A stretch of 64,000 bases of DNA from Schmidtea polychroa (taxonomy: Eukaryota), in contig CM097885.1 in NCBI GenBank assembly GCA_044892525.1, positions 6,760,001 to 6,824,000 of the forward strand, in the 5' to 3' direction. Within the stretch, counting starts at the first letter, position 1. Each line of letters begins with the position of its first letter. The position numbers and the translations under genes were made by a program. The notes below the pieces were generated by a model. The model had not been told where the DNA came from. It made no database searches and saw only the letters and a list, made by a program, of their open reading frames with translations. Shown here one piece after another: positions 1-60,400 of the stretch.

Positions 1-357
1 ACTGATCGTATGCAAAAAGACATTTCATTATTTATCTCCTTCGTCTTTGATCTTTGTCAACTAATTTTTCTTCATCTTTTTGTACACTAACGATCAGTAT
101 TGGATAATGATTAAATTTAATTTTTATTAAAGATCATCCTAAAAAATTCTAGTTTCTTGGTATCAGCATAAATGACTATTAAACAACTAAAGAAGCCTTT
201 TACTGCCAAATATGTATTAATTGAAAAAAACATTTTATTAATAATAAAAAACATTAATTTAATTATAATAATAATAATAAAATTAATAATAATAATAATT
301 GAATTGAAACGATAGTTTGAAGACTATAAATCAGTAATATATCGATGTTTGTTGATA

Positions 358-392
358 CTCACAAATTTTCGGCACTGCCTTTTTCAAGTGAA
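358..392 (-). ncRNA. Minimal type I hammerhead ribozyme, U3-A8 core variant, in the 3' pLTR of a Penelope-like element
   Basis: Minus strand reads TTCAC-TTGAAAA-A-GGC AGT GCC-GAAA-ATT-T-GTGAG: stem I TTCAC/GTGAG, core UUGAAAA (C3-G8 pair replaced by U3-A8), stem II GGC/GCC, GAAA, palindromic AATT stem III. Lies downstream of the PLE GIY-YIG region in sense orientation. Confidence 0.65.
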
Positions 393-1129
393 TTTGATCA
401 TCATTACAACAAATATTCATTGTTGGGGGATAATAAATTTATTTCGTATTTTATAATAAATTTATTGGTTTAATTATATACTATTTATATTTTATTTTAA
501 TTACCCAAAAAATATATTTCCTATTTTTTAAATTCTGTAATTTAATTATATTTTTATTTTTTTAATAAAATAAGACGTTTTTTATATTTTAAATATTTTT
601 TTAATTTTAAATTTTAAATCTAATTAAATATTAATTTAAGTATTAATTTAGTTGAATGTTGATGGAAGGTTTAAGTCTTTTGATATAAAGTGTATTATCG
701 GCTAATCTTTGCAATGAGTTTCTGAACGCATCCTGTAACATTTTGCATTTTGTTTCGTGTAAGAGTGGTGCTGATTTGTGCACTTTTTCCAGTGTTCATG
801 ATAGTTGCTGGTTTTGCTGTTGACGTGTTTGTTGAGTCTTGTTCTAAGTGTTTCGCCTATGTACGATGCGTTACATTTTGTGCAAGTAATTTGGTAAACG
901 ATGTTCTTTGAGAAGCAGAAACATTTGGTGGAGGATTGGCATATACCAACGGTGGGCAAATGCGGCTCTTCGTTGAGTAAACTGCGGCTCATTGATAATT
1001 GAATTTTTGATAATTGAATTTGAAAATTGAATTCGATTTTTTTATTTTGAAATTTTTTCAACTGAATTTTTAAAAAAAAATTTTTTGTTGCAATTGTATT
1101 TTCATAAATGTTAAAAATTAACGAAACAT

Positions 1130-1225
1130 TGTACAGCATTCAGTTTAGCTCTCGACGAGTCTACTGACATTCAGGATGTTCCACAATTAGCCGTTTTTGT
1201 CCGCTTTGTATCTTCTGACGTTTAA
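1130..1225 (+). mobile_element. hAT (Charlie/Buster-type) transposase fragment inside the PLE
   Basis: Translates CTAFSLALDESTDIQDVPQLAVFVRFVSSD, the first catalytic-Asp motif of Charlie/SPIN-like transposases. Confidence 0.8.
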
Positions 1226-3090
1226 GTCTTTTTTAATCAAATTAATGAAATAAAAAAAAATATGTAGTTCACTATGGTGGCCATATACAATCTCGATGAA
1301 ATAGGTCTGATGATAGAGATTTTTGAGACTTACGAAGCTGTGATTTCAAAGGTGCATCAGTTATAAAAATTGGGCGAATATGAACTGGCAACACCATATT
1401 GCGAATGTTAGATCTGATTGTGTTACATGTCCTATTGTTTAAAAAAGGGAAGTGTAGGTATATTACTCGCTTATTGACATGTTCATTTTTTGTATTATGC
1501 CTATTAGAGTTATATTTACTCAAGAAGTATTTTTCTACGAACTCCTTTGGGTATCCATTTTGTAAAAACCGTGTTTTAAAGTTTTCTAGGGTTTCTTGTG
1601 TTTTCGTTTTGTCCGAACAGTTCCGTATTGCTCTTTTTCTTTCTTCTAATAATAGAGCGATTTTTCGTTGGAGTGGAACGTTACTTTCCCAAGGAAGAAT
1701 GTGCCCACTGTGTAGACTTTTAGTGAATAAATCTGTCTTGAATGTGAGCGTGTTTGGACCTTCAGAAGGACTTATCATGGTATCTAAGAAAGCAATCTTG
1801 CCTTCTGGGTCAGGTAGCTTCAGAGTGAATTGTACATTAGTGTTAGTGAAGTTTGCATGTGTCAAGATTATAATGAGAGGTACCGTGGAGACTATGAAAA
1901 TATCATCAATGTATCTTGCCACGTTAGGATTTTATCTCCAAAAAATGATCTAATATTTGTTTTTATATGATGCATGTAGAAATGGCTAAAATCGGCGAAA
2001 GTTTGTTACCCATAGCTAGACCATGAAAGTTGTTCAACGGTTTTCCTTTAATTATTACAGTATCTGAGTTTATGGCTAGTTTGACAATTTCTATGAAATC
2101 TTGTTCAGATAAGTCTGCAAAAACAGTTTCTAGTTTGAAGGTTTCGAAGAAGGAAGCTGCAACTGTGAAGACGTTGTTCTCTCCAGTGAGACCGATGGAT
2201 CCGTAAAGATTAGAGACATCAAGAGATCCCCAAAAGTATTGTTGCTCTAGTGATGTTGAAAGAGATAGTTTTGTAATTTCTGCAACAAATTGGATTGTGT
2301 TTTTAAGATGACAGGGGATAAAATTTAGTAGATTTTTAAACATCGATATATTACTGATTTAGTCTTCAAACTCTCTTTTCAATTCAATGGATAAAATAAT
2401 CAGTGGTGAAATTGGAAGAAATAAAAATTCTTCTAATAATAATAATAATAATTGTCAGTTAATTCTAAACTCATATTAATGATATTTTTTTAATAATATT
2501 TATTTCAATAAAAAAATTTTCCTAGATTTAATTCCAAAATTATCGAACAGCTGTGATTCAAATTCAAGCATTAAAATTCAGCAAACTATTTTCAAAATTA
2601 ATTTTTTATCAAATTGTTACATATTTTAATCTATAATAAATTGTTTTTTCATCTTTATCAGTTACACTTAAAATACTAATTTTAATATTCGATTACTTAT
2701 TAAAAATTTCTAATTAACCAAAACCTCATTTTGTGTTGCTTCCGTTTGTTTAGCATATATGCCACTTAATTTTCAGTTTGCGTTTAAATTGTTTTACATT
2801 GCGTTGAATTTTTGTATTTTTTCATTATTTTATAATTCTCAGTAATTTTAATGAAATATCGAAAGTATGATATTGTGAAAGAATTAAATTAAAAATATGA
2901 GAATGGAATCTAAATATTATTTCACATGAAAAATAAATGAAAAATAGCGCTTCAATTTGATGCGTTTCAGGTTGCATAGCAATTTGGCAAAACCAATTAT
3001 GGACACAAAGTGAGAGTGTATTTCCGAAATTGGATCAACTAAAAAATTGCCCCCTTAAATTAAAATGTAACTAAACACATTAATCTAAAC

Positions 3091-3241
3091 TGTAAGGAGT
3101 TAGTAAACCTCTATATAAAATTCTTATGGTTAAATGGTAGAAGTGAGATCAATTAGTAGAAATAATTATTTCTGTTAAATTGATCTCACTCCTACCATTT
3201 AACCATAAGAATTTTATATAGAGGTTTACTAACTCCTTACA
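3091..3241. repeat. ~151-bp near-perfect palindrome with TGT...ACA ends
   Basis: tgtaaggagttagtaaacctctatataaaattcttatggttaaatggtag... is mirrored by ...ctaccatttaaccataagaattttatatagaggtttactaactccttaca, centred on aataattatt. Confidence 0.95.
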
Positions 3242-3857
3242 TCCCCCTTTCTTTAACCAAACAATTTTAAAACTTCATTAAAATCCTTTTTAAGAATATT
3301 TTCTATAAACATCCACTCTCCTAAATACAATGACAATTTTTTTTAAATCCCCTTCATAGATTTAATTCTACTTTTTTGTTTTGCCCAGTAACTTTCAATG
3401 GCTTGTGTATACGTTCCAATTTCATAGTTAATAAACTGTGTTTTATGTTTTACTGTTGATATTTAGATATCCTTTCCATTCATCAAACCATACAATAGAT
3501 CCAGGCAAACACATTCTGTTAATTATTGGAAACGTGGTCTTTTTAGATATATCTGGTACAATACACATATATCCTTTACTAGAAATATAACTTGTATCAA
3601 CCATACCAAAAACCCATATTTCATCACTGTTGAACCTTCCTCGATGATTTTTAGATTTGTGTCTAAACATGAATTCATCTATTTGTACAATAATACCTTC
3701 ACCACAGTTTTTTTTTTCAAAATTAAACAAATAATGCAATTATTGATCTTAAAAGATCAAAAAATTTAATTATTGTTTTAATTAATTTAATTAATTAATC
3801 CGTCATTTCTCGACATTTTTTATTAGAGTGATTAGAAAACCAGCCCCACAGTATTAA

Positions 3858-4087
3858 CCCTTTCTAAGGCAAAGGAAACTAAAAGTGATGTAAAACTTAA
3901 AGTTTATTAATAATAATTATATAGTTACACACATCTATGGTTTCAAATACTATAAATTTGTTCTCTTGTGGCTCAATATATGTCAGTAGTTGTACCACAA
4001 GTAAAAATGATTACCGATAGCGTTACACTTAGATATTTTTATTAGTTTAAAATGGTGTACAGTATATTGCCACCACCTTAGAAAGGG
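3858..4087. mobile_element. piggyBac-type MITE (230 bp)
   Basis: TIR CCCTTTCTAAGG / CCTTAGAAAGGG flanked on both sides by TTAA (3854-3857, 4088-4091). Confidence 0.85.
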
Positions 4088-4165
4088 TTAACAAACAAGT
4101 TTTAAGGTCTAAATCAAATTGTGTTACACAAGAACTTGATCTAACAGATTTTGTAGTTATAAATT

Positions 4166-5191
4166 TGTTGGGTTTTCAATTACTTTAAGTCGGTTCCCTC
4201 TGACACCTCGTGTCCTTTAAATCAAAACAATAACGACCCAACGTATATTGAAATAATAAAATTTTCAATCTTTTCTCACCACTTTACAATTAATAATCAA
4301 AGTTACGTTTGACCGATTCTCCGCTCGGCATTGATGCTTTGCAAATAGATAATATTCACCTTTTATTCCGTTAGACTCTCTTGACCCACGTTTTCCTCTG
4401 TTTCTGTTTGATTTGATTCTTTTTCACCTTTTCGTATTCCTATTCTATTTCTTCTTTACCCTAATCTCCTTAATTCGTTTTACCTATTCTTAACTCGGTT
4501 TCTTCTAACCCTAGCTGAGGCAAAATGCCGATTTTCTCTGATTTCCCCTTTCCTTATATACTCCTTGAAATCGGGATGACAAATGGTTATTGCCGAGCCA
4601 ATCTTTCACTTGACATTTGCTTCCACATATTTGCTTCGGCTGTCACCCATAATGGTCCAACAAACAAAGATAATTAATGGCCCGTCCGGTCTTTCTGCAT
4701 GCATTATCTTCTCCTTGCTCTCTTCCAATTAATCATTGTGTCAAGTTAATGGGCCCAAATCTTCCTTCTGTTTGCTTTTCTTCTTGTTTACCCAGCTCGG
4801 GTTTCCCATGAGCTCGGGTTTTCCATTAGCCAATTAATTAATTAATTAACGTTTTCTGTTTTCATGCATTTGAATGTTTTTTTACCCTTCCTAACCATTT
4901 TCTGATAAATCCCTAAACATCATCTTGTTGACCATTAGCTACTCTATATCTGTCCTGTTTTCCCCATTCGATTTCGATGATTTTACCATTTATTGATTTT
5001 TCTCGGATTTCCGGATTCTTGCCTTTCGTAATTGCTTTTGGCATTTCCTAATACTGCTTCCATCGTACTTTCCTTTACTATCGATTCTGTGCATGATCAC
5101 GCTTTTATTTGTCTTTTTTCTTCACTTACTTTTTATTTAAATTATTAATCTAAATTTCATTTAAATTTATTTTAATTTACGGACCTCAACA
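4166..5191 (-). mobile_element. Solo LTR-like sequence
   Basis: TGTTG...CAACA termini; ends resemble, in reverse orientation, the copies at 18759-19363 and ~13300-14021. No clean TSD. Confidence 0.55.
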
Positions 5192-5295
5192 GTTTAAACA
5201 AAAAGATTTATTTGATAAATTTGTGAGGTATAAAATCAGTTAATTTTTAGTTGATCCCCGAATTTTAATATTTGACAAAATTAAATTTTTAATTT

Positions 5296-12910
<7,615 letters not shown>

Positions 12911-13299
12911 TTTTTGAACAGTTTAATGCATCAATCGTATACGTTTTGTCAATTATAGAAATGTTATAGAACACTAAACGCATCATTGATCATTAACTAC
13001 TGTCAATTTGTCAGAATCTGAGTTAACTAATTAGAAATCATTCTCAAACTGTTGAGCTTATCAAAATAATAATAGTAAATTGATGTCAATTTATTTGATT
13101 GTGAAATAATAGGAGGGGGGGTTGGTGGAGCTATTTCTAAATACTATTTGTAAGAAAATTCATTGGAATGCCTCTACTGTCATTTACTCTTTTCATTCTA
13201 AGTGGAACGTGATGATATTGAAAAATTGTGCATAGGTCAACATAGTTCAAAGCCATTTAAAAACCCCTCCTGAAAAACTTTGAGTGTAAACCTCTTACC

Positions 13300-14021
13300 T
13301 TAACGATTCGGATAAGATAATGGGGAAGGTCATAGAGATGATGATTCATCGAAATATGTTCAGAAAGAGCCGAAATGCAAGAAAACATACAAAACAGAAA
13401 ATTGCCAATTAATTAATTAATTAAGGAAAATTGAGCTAAGTAAACAGAAAGAAAAGTAAACAAAGTCGATGTTGGAAAACAATTATGATTGATGGGAAAC
13501 GGAAAATTAGATTATCAAGTGGGAGACGCACGATGTGACAAATAATTATTTCCTTCAACGTTGATAAAATGAAAAAAGCGGCGAGTTAAAGATTGTCAAA
13601 TAGAAATGACTTAGTTAAAATCAATAATTAATCTATACAATTATTTTAACTATATAAATAAACTAAAACTTAGAAACAATCGGCATTTTGTCTCAAGCAT
13701 GGACGAAAATTTTGACAGTAGAATTAAAGGGAAGATTAAAATAAGAATAAAGAATTTGTGGAACAGGAAAGAAAAGGATCAAGATAAGCAAAGGGAATAA
13801 AGAAAAGAGGTGATTATTATTGTAGAAAGTGCAAAACTAAAGTTGTCATAGCGATACCTATCGGATAGTCGTAATTGACTTTTAAAGATTTGTAATTTGT
13901 AGATTGCACTATCAAAATTTGAATACAATATACGTTTGGTATTGTTCGACATATGGTTTTCAAAAGAACACATGGAGTCGAAGACACCGACTAAAATATT
14001 TACTTAATTGAAAACCCAACA
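13300..14021 (+). mobile_element. LTR-like remnant, same family as 4166-5191 and 18759-19363
   Basis: Ends accgact...aattgaaaacccaaca like the other copies; left boundary approximate. Confidence 0.45.
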
Positions 14022-14689
14022 AATAAATAATATAATTTTAAAAATCAAATCAAAATTCAAGCTTCCTAATAAAAATAATACGCTAATAAACCTGTAACAA
14101 TATACATATATACTAACAATTAAAAATACAAAATTATGTATAATCTAGTAACAATGACCAAGCAATCTTCAAAGTCAGTATCAGTATTACCATTAGACGA
14201 GCCATTTCCAATTTGAATCTGATCCAAGCAAAGCATTTCTACGTCGCATTAAGTTCTGATATTTTCTACACCAATGTGCAATTAATTCAAATTTTTGTGC
14301 TCATTTTTCATTTACGGATGTCAATAGAATCAAATAAATGTAATATCCATACCAATAATTCTAACTAAAAGCTACTAATAAGTTTGTTAGTATGCATTGA
14401 GTAGTGTATACAATTTTATTCTTATAGCAGATTGAATTTGAAAATGGTGTAAACAGATCAACAAAGTATGTGCGATTATTATTGTTCCAATAATTTTTTG
14501 AATTATAAATTTTAAATAATTTATTTAAATTAAGTGATTGTAATGAGTATAATAAAAATTCACTTAATGATTATTTGAGTTTGATTAATAATTGTATATC
14601 TCTACAACTATGATTATCCAATGAATGATGCCGGAAAATTTGTTAGTGTGAATAATGATAGAATATATACTATAAATGAAAATAATTCA

Positions 14690-16110
14690 ATAATAAAATA
14701 GGATTCATTGGGGATAGACCTAGTATTGAAATTAGTATTTCTAATAATAATTACAAAATTTTACTCGATACTGGAGCAAAGATAAGGGCAATTCAACGAG
14801 ATTTATTAGAAAAGTGTCAGTTATCAGAATTAAGAAATAGCAGTATAAAAGTGTGCGAATAATAGCCAAATAAGAATAATAGGCGCAGTTACACTTAATA
14901 TCAAAATTACACAAATAATTCAGAGTAAGAATATTGAATTTCATATATTTATATTTATAACTTTCTCCTAAACAAATTGATGAAATGAACTTTTTAGAAT
15001 AATTTGGATTAAAAAGATAGTAAGAATTAAGAGAGTTCAAAGAATGAATATATAAATTTAATGGATAAAGGGATCAAATTTGAATGCAGTAATAAAAATA
15101 TAACCAATTTAGTTAAAAAATTCGATAAAATATTCATGAGACATAAATAGAGAAAATAATAATACCGAAAACAGATATTATAAAATATGAAATTATTACC
15201 TCAGGCAATCTAATAATTATAAATCTAAGGCCACAACCAGCCCATTTGATAGAAAAAAAAGATGATCAAATTAAAGAGTAAGTAAAAAGAAAAATTCGAC
15301 AAAATGTCAATTCTTAAAAAATGAATTTGGATTTATAGGACATATAATTAATAAAGATGGCATTAAAACTGATCCGGAAAAAGTACAATCAATAAAAATA
15401 GCTGATTTGTTAAAATGTATTAAAAAATTACAAAGTTCTTGGGGCTAGCAAAGTACTACCGAAGAATTATTCAAGACTACTCAAAACATGCCACTATATT
15501 AGAGAACTTGTGTGGAAGTAATTAAAATAAATTAATATGAACTGAAGAATGTGAGAACAATTTTCAACAGTTAAAGAATAAATTATGTTCAGCACAAGTT
15601 TTAGTATATCCAAATTTCAAAAAGCTGTTTATATTAGACACAGACGTTAGTTTTGATCGAATTGGGGCGATTCTCTTACAAATTTACGATAATAGCAATG
15701 AGAAATTTATCTCTTATGTATCACATTTTATGAGTAAACATGAACTTGGATATTGCATTACACGTAAAGAGTTATTGGCAATTTATTATTTTACCAAACT
15801 TTAAACATTATATATATGGAAGAAAATTCAAATTGAGAACAGACCATAACATTAATGTTAAAAAAACCTTTAACATCTCAATTTCAGATATGGATCAACT
15901 ACCTTAGCGACTTAGACATTGATATGCAATATAGGATAATGCCGATGCTATGTCAAAAAGTAAGTGTACATCATGCATTTATTGCTAAATGATTCACCCA
16001 AACCAAAAATTAGGAAAATTGAAAACAAAAATTATGGCTTTGATGACAGTTGATAGTGAAAATATTTGGAAAAAGAATGTGGAAGAAATTAAAGATATAA
16101 TTAAAAAATA
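14690..16110 (+). mobile_element. Degraded Ty3/Gypsy pol (protease, RT thumb, RNase H)
   Basis: KILLDTGA (protease), DGIKTDPEKVQSI, LGLAKYYRRII, FILDTDVSFDRIGAILLQ, HELGYCITRKELLAIYYF; many stops and frameshifts. Confidence 0.85.
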
Positions 16111-16744
16111 ACTGTATAATTTTCAATTTTTTTTCGCACAAAGTCAGACTTGGATTTACAATCTAATGAGTTTCACGTGGACAGCTCTATTTGAAAATAT
16201 CGAGGGCGAAGAATCCATCAAACTGTTCATCACAAGTGATATATAAGAGACTAAAATATTGTAAAATATTGTAAAATATAAATTTGTAATAATATGAAAA
16301 TTAATAATAATGAATAAAAATCTGTTTTCAGTTCCTTTAAATGTTCATTTATTCCCACTTCATGTTCAAAATAATTTTTGTTAAATAAGATAAATTAATC
16401 TAATTGAAACGAAAATAGGGAATTTTTACATGTTATCAATAATACTATTTCATATTCTGTTAGATAATTTTTACATATTCTTTAATATTTCATTATAAAA
16501 ATTTGTAAAAATTATATTTATTAAAAATATAGGCATTTTATGTTCAAATTTTATTTACATTGTACAAAGATTGAATTTTTTCTCAAATACAAAAATCTAC
16601 ATTATTCTTAAAAATCTCGATGTTTGTTTACAGATATTAAAATGCGTGATTGGTTTAAATTTAATAAACAATTTAAATTTATAAATTAAATTAAATTTTA
16701 TGACTTTATTTGTAAATTAGTAAGCACCAAATCACTAATATTAA

Positions 16745-56347
<39,603 letters not shown>

Positions 56348-56393
56348 GTTGGAATTAATTTTATTAAAATTACTAAAAATAAAATTCTTAAAT

Positions 56394-56456
<63 letters not shown>

Positions 56457-56613
56457 TTAAATTAAATAATTAATAAAAATTTTTTAAATTATTGAATTAA
56501 ATTTTAAATGTTAAAATTTTCAAAAAATAATATATTTTTTTATAAAATGAAAAAAAATTTTTATATATAATTAATAAATTTGTTTAAAATCCTTAATTTA
56601 CATAGTTATTATA

Positions 56614-56657
56614 TTCCACCTGATGATGACAGGAAAACTGTCGAAATTAATCGTGAA
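56614..56657 (+). ncRNA. Minimal type I hammerhead ribozyme, intact core
   Basis: TTCCAC-CTGATGA-T-GACAG GAAAA CTGTC-GAAA-TTAA-TC-GTGAA; stem I CAC/GTG, 5-bp stem II, palindromic ATTAAT stem III, AUC cleavage triplet. Confidence 0.85.
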
Positions 56658-57473
56658 AAGAATGTTTGATTGGCGTTATCTTATAATTAAATCATTGCCA
56701 TGTATGTTTAACTATTTATTTTATTTATTATTTATTATTATTTTATATTATTACTTATATTTATTATTAGTATTATTATTATTAGTTTTGTTATTATTTT
56801 ATTTATTATATATTATTATTATTTTTTATTATTGTTATTTATTATTTATTATTATTTCTTCTTATTATTATTTTTGTTATTATTTCATTTATTATATATT
56901 ATTATTATTATTATTGTTATTAATATTAAATAATATTATTTTATTTATTATATATTATTATTATTATTATTATTATTTATTAATATTTATTATTCTTATT
57001 AATAATTATTATTTTATTATTTATAATTATTGTAAGGTGTTTCAGCTGAAAATTAAATATTCTAAATATTTTGTTGAAATGTTTAAAATTAATGTAAATA
57101 GTAAATAATTAAATTGTTAAAATCATAAAATTTTAATATTAAGTAATTGTAAAATAGGAAAATGTTATATCTTTGACTTTAAGTTTATTAAATGAAAGCA
57201 ATTTAGTAGATGTTCTTGTAAGATCTAACATTACGACTACGTCTATATAGAATTTTCATAAAGAAATGAGTCCAAGGTGATATTCAATGAGGTGATGATG
57301 TAGAGAATATCGATAATTTGAAACATAATATTAATTCGTGCCTGGGTCCTCTGACAAATACGTCCGATAATTACAATTTTGTAAATATATTCGACGAACA
57401 ACGGAAATATATCACTATACAAACATTTTCTCATTACAGAAATTATTTAGATAATGATATGAATTTTGTATAT

Positions 57474-60400
57474 TAGGGTGGGTCGAATGTTAATAAATTT
57501 TGAGTTCAAGAAAGGAAACGTGGTTAAAAAGTTGTATTTTGGTATAGAAAAATCGAATCAAACCATTTTACTTAGATTTATGGACATTTACTGCTCCCAA
57601 CTTTTCTCCGAAAATGCAGTTCAACATAAGTGTGAAAACAATGTAATTTGGCTAGTGTCGGAATGTGTTTTGCGCCTTTGTCCATATTTAGATGTAGCTT
57701 TCTTAAGAGCTTATAAGTATATTATTTACTCTCTTGGGCTGAGATAGTATATTCTGTGTCCTCATCCCGCATTGAAATATATCCTGACAACGTCAGTGAT
57801 TAGGAAGGGCCAAATTTGAATTATCCTTTTCAAAGACAAAAATCAACTTTCGAAATTATTTTTATTAAAAACATCCAGCCAAAAGTTTAGAAATGTATTA
57901 GCGAGGGCATAAAAAGTAGTCACATGAAATCAGCTTTGCTTTGCACCTTGGGCAATTCCTTCCTTGATTTTTTACACAGTAGTACCATACCATGTCTGGA
58001 CTTGTGACCAAACACTTTGCAACTGGCAGAAGAAACATCTTTGATGGCTCTTTCAACGGCTTGAGAATGACAGGGAAATTGTTCTAATGTAATTTTCTTA
58101 TTCATCTTCAATTCATGATCCAATATATGAGATAAAAGAGGGGGAGGCGTCAAATTACATTTTGTCCAGTCAATCATGTCAACATATGATGTAGCAGACG
58201 ACTGAAGAAAGACAGTATTCTTGTCCATAGTGCGAATCACTTCGGAAGGGAGAAAATTTTGTCTTGCAGTTATGATTTTTTCTGTTGCAAACTTTCTGAT
58301 TTCTTCATCATCACCAACAGCAGCTAGGAGTATATTTTCTGGATGTGAGAAGTAATTGTTGTTCTGAATGACAGGAAAGATGATTTCTTGGTCTGATGGA
58401 TCCAAATCCTGCAGAAGTTGGAGCATATAAAAAATATTTCTTGCACCATCTTGGCATGACGAGTGAGTCTTTATATAAAACCATGACGGTCCATAGAAAT
58501 TGACAATAAATTTCACTATTCGCATGAGAGGTTCAGATGGAGCAGTTTCGGACATATATAGTCGCAGAATTCTATTAGCTTTCGTTAGCCAGCGACTGTG
58601 ATTCAAATTTCCTGGTTGTGCCATTTGTAGAAAAGGGACATCCTTGTTGTTGTGGTACCCTTTCTGGACTACCAAGCATACTCTGAGGAAATACAATTGA
58701 TCAGTGTTCAATTCTTTCTTGACATTTTCACTAATATCTACGACCTTTCCAGGAAGGGACATAAAGGCTACTACGGGCTTGTCTTTTGGATCAAAATCAA
58801 GAACGCTTTCTATTTCACCACATGACGTTTTTGGACCTTTTGTTTCTCCACCATCGACGACTGAAAAATACTTCCTGAATGGCAATTCATTTGCATGCAA
58901 CAAGCATATCAGCCATTGTAGAGGTCGCCCTAGGCTTTTTTCGAGTCTTCTGATTATTCCATTATTTTTTCCGGTGTTTGTATTGGTTCCATCGCACACA
59001 ATTGCTTGAAGGGTCAGTGAGGACTGCGTCCTAACGATGATTGACATGATTTCTTTGCCAATATCCACAGCTTTACTACTTTGAGGTACAACATGATCGA
59101 TATATGTATCCCCTGGAAAGGCGACAATCACATAATGCTCCTCTTTTAGGATCCTTCTATGAAGTAAGGTGGAATCTTGTTTCCCGTCGAAACCGAGGCA
59201 AATCAAGTTTTTCGCTTCTGCTGAATGCTGTTCAATTTCTCTCTCCCTCCAGTACTTTCTCTGACGCCGTAATTTTGCGGGATCGATGATTGTTTGAGAG
59301 GATAACAGTTCCATATCTTTCAGAAAAGCGTTTACTAGCAAACACGTGTCTCTGTTGCTCACACCACATCTGTCAACAGCTTTACTTAATCCAGGATAAT
59401 GTCTTCTATTTTGAAATTCATCACATTCTTCTACGCTTGACTCTGAGCTTTCTGTTGAATTGTCTAACTTATCTTTACTTTCATCACTAGCGGCTTCACT
59501 CTCCGTGTCACTTCTTGAGGTCGGATGTAGATCGTTAACTTCAGTGTCCATTATTTCATTTTTCATTTGTTTTCCTTTTCCTGTAGGGCTGCTTTTCGTT
59601 TGTTTTCTCTTCAATTTTGAGGTTTCCTGTCTGTCCGTATTTCCGATTTTCATGTTTCTGGTAGTTTGTTGGTCAATCCAGAACTCCCACTCTAAGGTAG
59701 GAATTTTCAAGGCCAATCGGCATGTACACTGACTTCTTCCACGAGCACCATCATTAAAACATTTGCAGCAACATATGTCAAACAATTTGGAAAACGAGCT
59801 TAACTTATCTTGAAATTTGGCAGATGACCTCTTGCATTCTGGATACTTCTCTAATTCACGCACTTTTGATATTAGTCGCTTGACACGAACCACAATACTA
59901 CTGAACTCAACAGTTGGGATACTTGCCTTCATATAAATTTCCTTCACCTTATTTGCGAGAAGAGTTGCTTGTTCGTTAAAGCCAGTATGAAATTGCGTAC
60001 ATTTCTCATTGTAACAGTAATCACGAAACACATCTTCACAAGTAGGTAATTGGTTTCTGGGTAGTTCACAAGTTTGACCAAACAGACAATGACGTGATTT
60101 ACTTCTTGTTTTGCGAAATTGCTTATTTCTCTGTCCCTTCATAACTGCTCTTCTGTACTCAGCTCTGGCAAAATAAAAGTGAATCATCAAGTTAACTTTT
60201 TTAATTAGGTCCAGCAAACTCTTGATATCCAATCGAAACAAATTAAATTATCTGAGTTTAGACTGACTAGTAGTATCCATGTGGATTATGTGTTGACTGT
60301 AGTGTGTGTGTGTTAGTATTGTTCAGAAGAAATTGTCTTTGTGAGTGCTTGTGTGAAGGTGCTTCCGTGAATTAACCTCTCTATACATGCACGCGTTAGC

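Larger units (their letters stand above)
300..2420 (-). mobile_element. 5'-truncated, degraded Penelope-like retroelement (RT + GIY-YIG)
   Basis: ORF 1963-2343 has SLDVSNLY and GLAMGNKLSP (RT motifs); ORF 1272-1922 has RYIDD, FLD and NGYP; ~660-990 has VYQITCTKCNASYIGET (GIY-YIG). pLTR sequence at 300-395 recurs inverted at 2338-2390. Confidence 0.9.
3032..5257 (-). mobile_element. Merlin (IS1595/ISXO2-like) DNA transposon, degraded, with nested insertions
   Basis: TIRs GGATCAACTAAAAA / TTTTTAGTTGATCC. 8-bp TSD ccgaaatt (3024-3031) vs ccgaattt (5258-5265), 7/8 match. Transposase remnant ~3270-3739 with VQIDE, HRGR, WVFG, PGSIVWFDEWKGY and, in another frame, TQAIESYW. Confidence 0.85.

Noticed and set aside
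316..346. TTGAAGA...CAGTAATATATC as an antisense hammerhead
   Set aside because: Lacks GAAA and a convincing stem I in all copies.
1399..1953. 184-aa plus-strand ORF
   Set aside because: Antisense shadow of the PLE RT ORF; no independent motif.
58704..59732. Plus-strand ORFs inside the transposon
   Set aside because: Antisense to the transposase.
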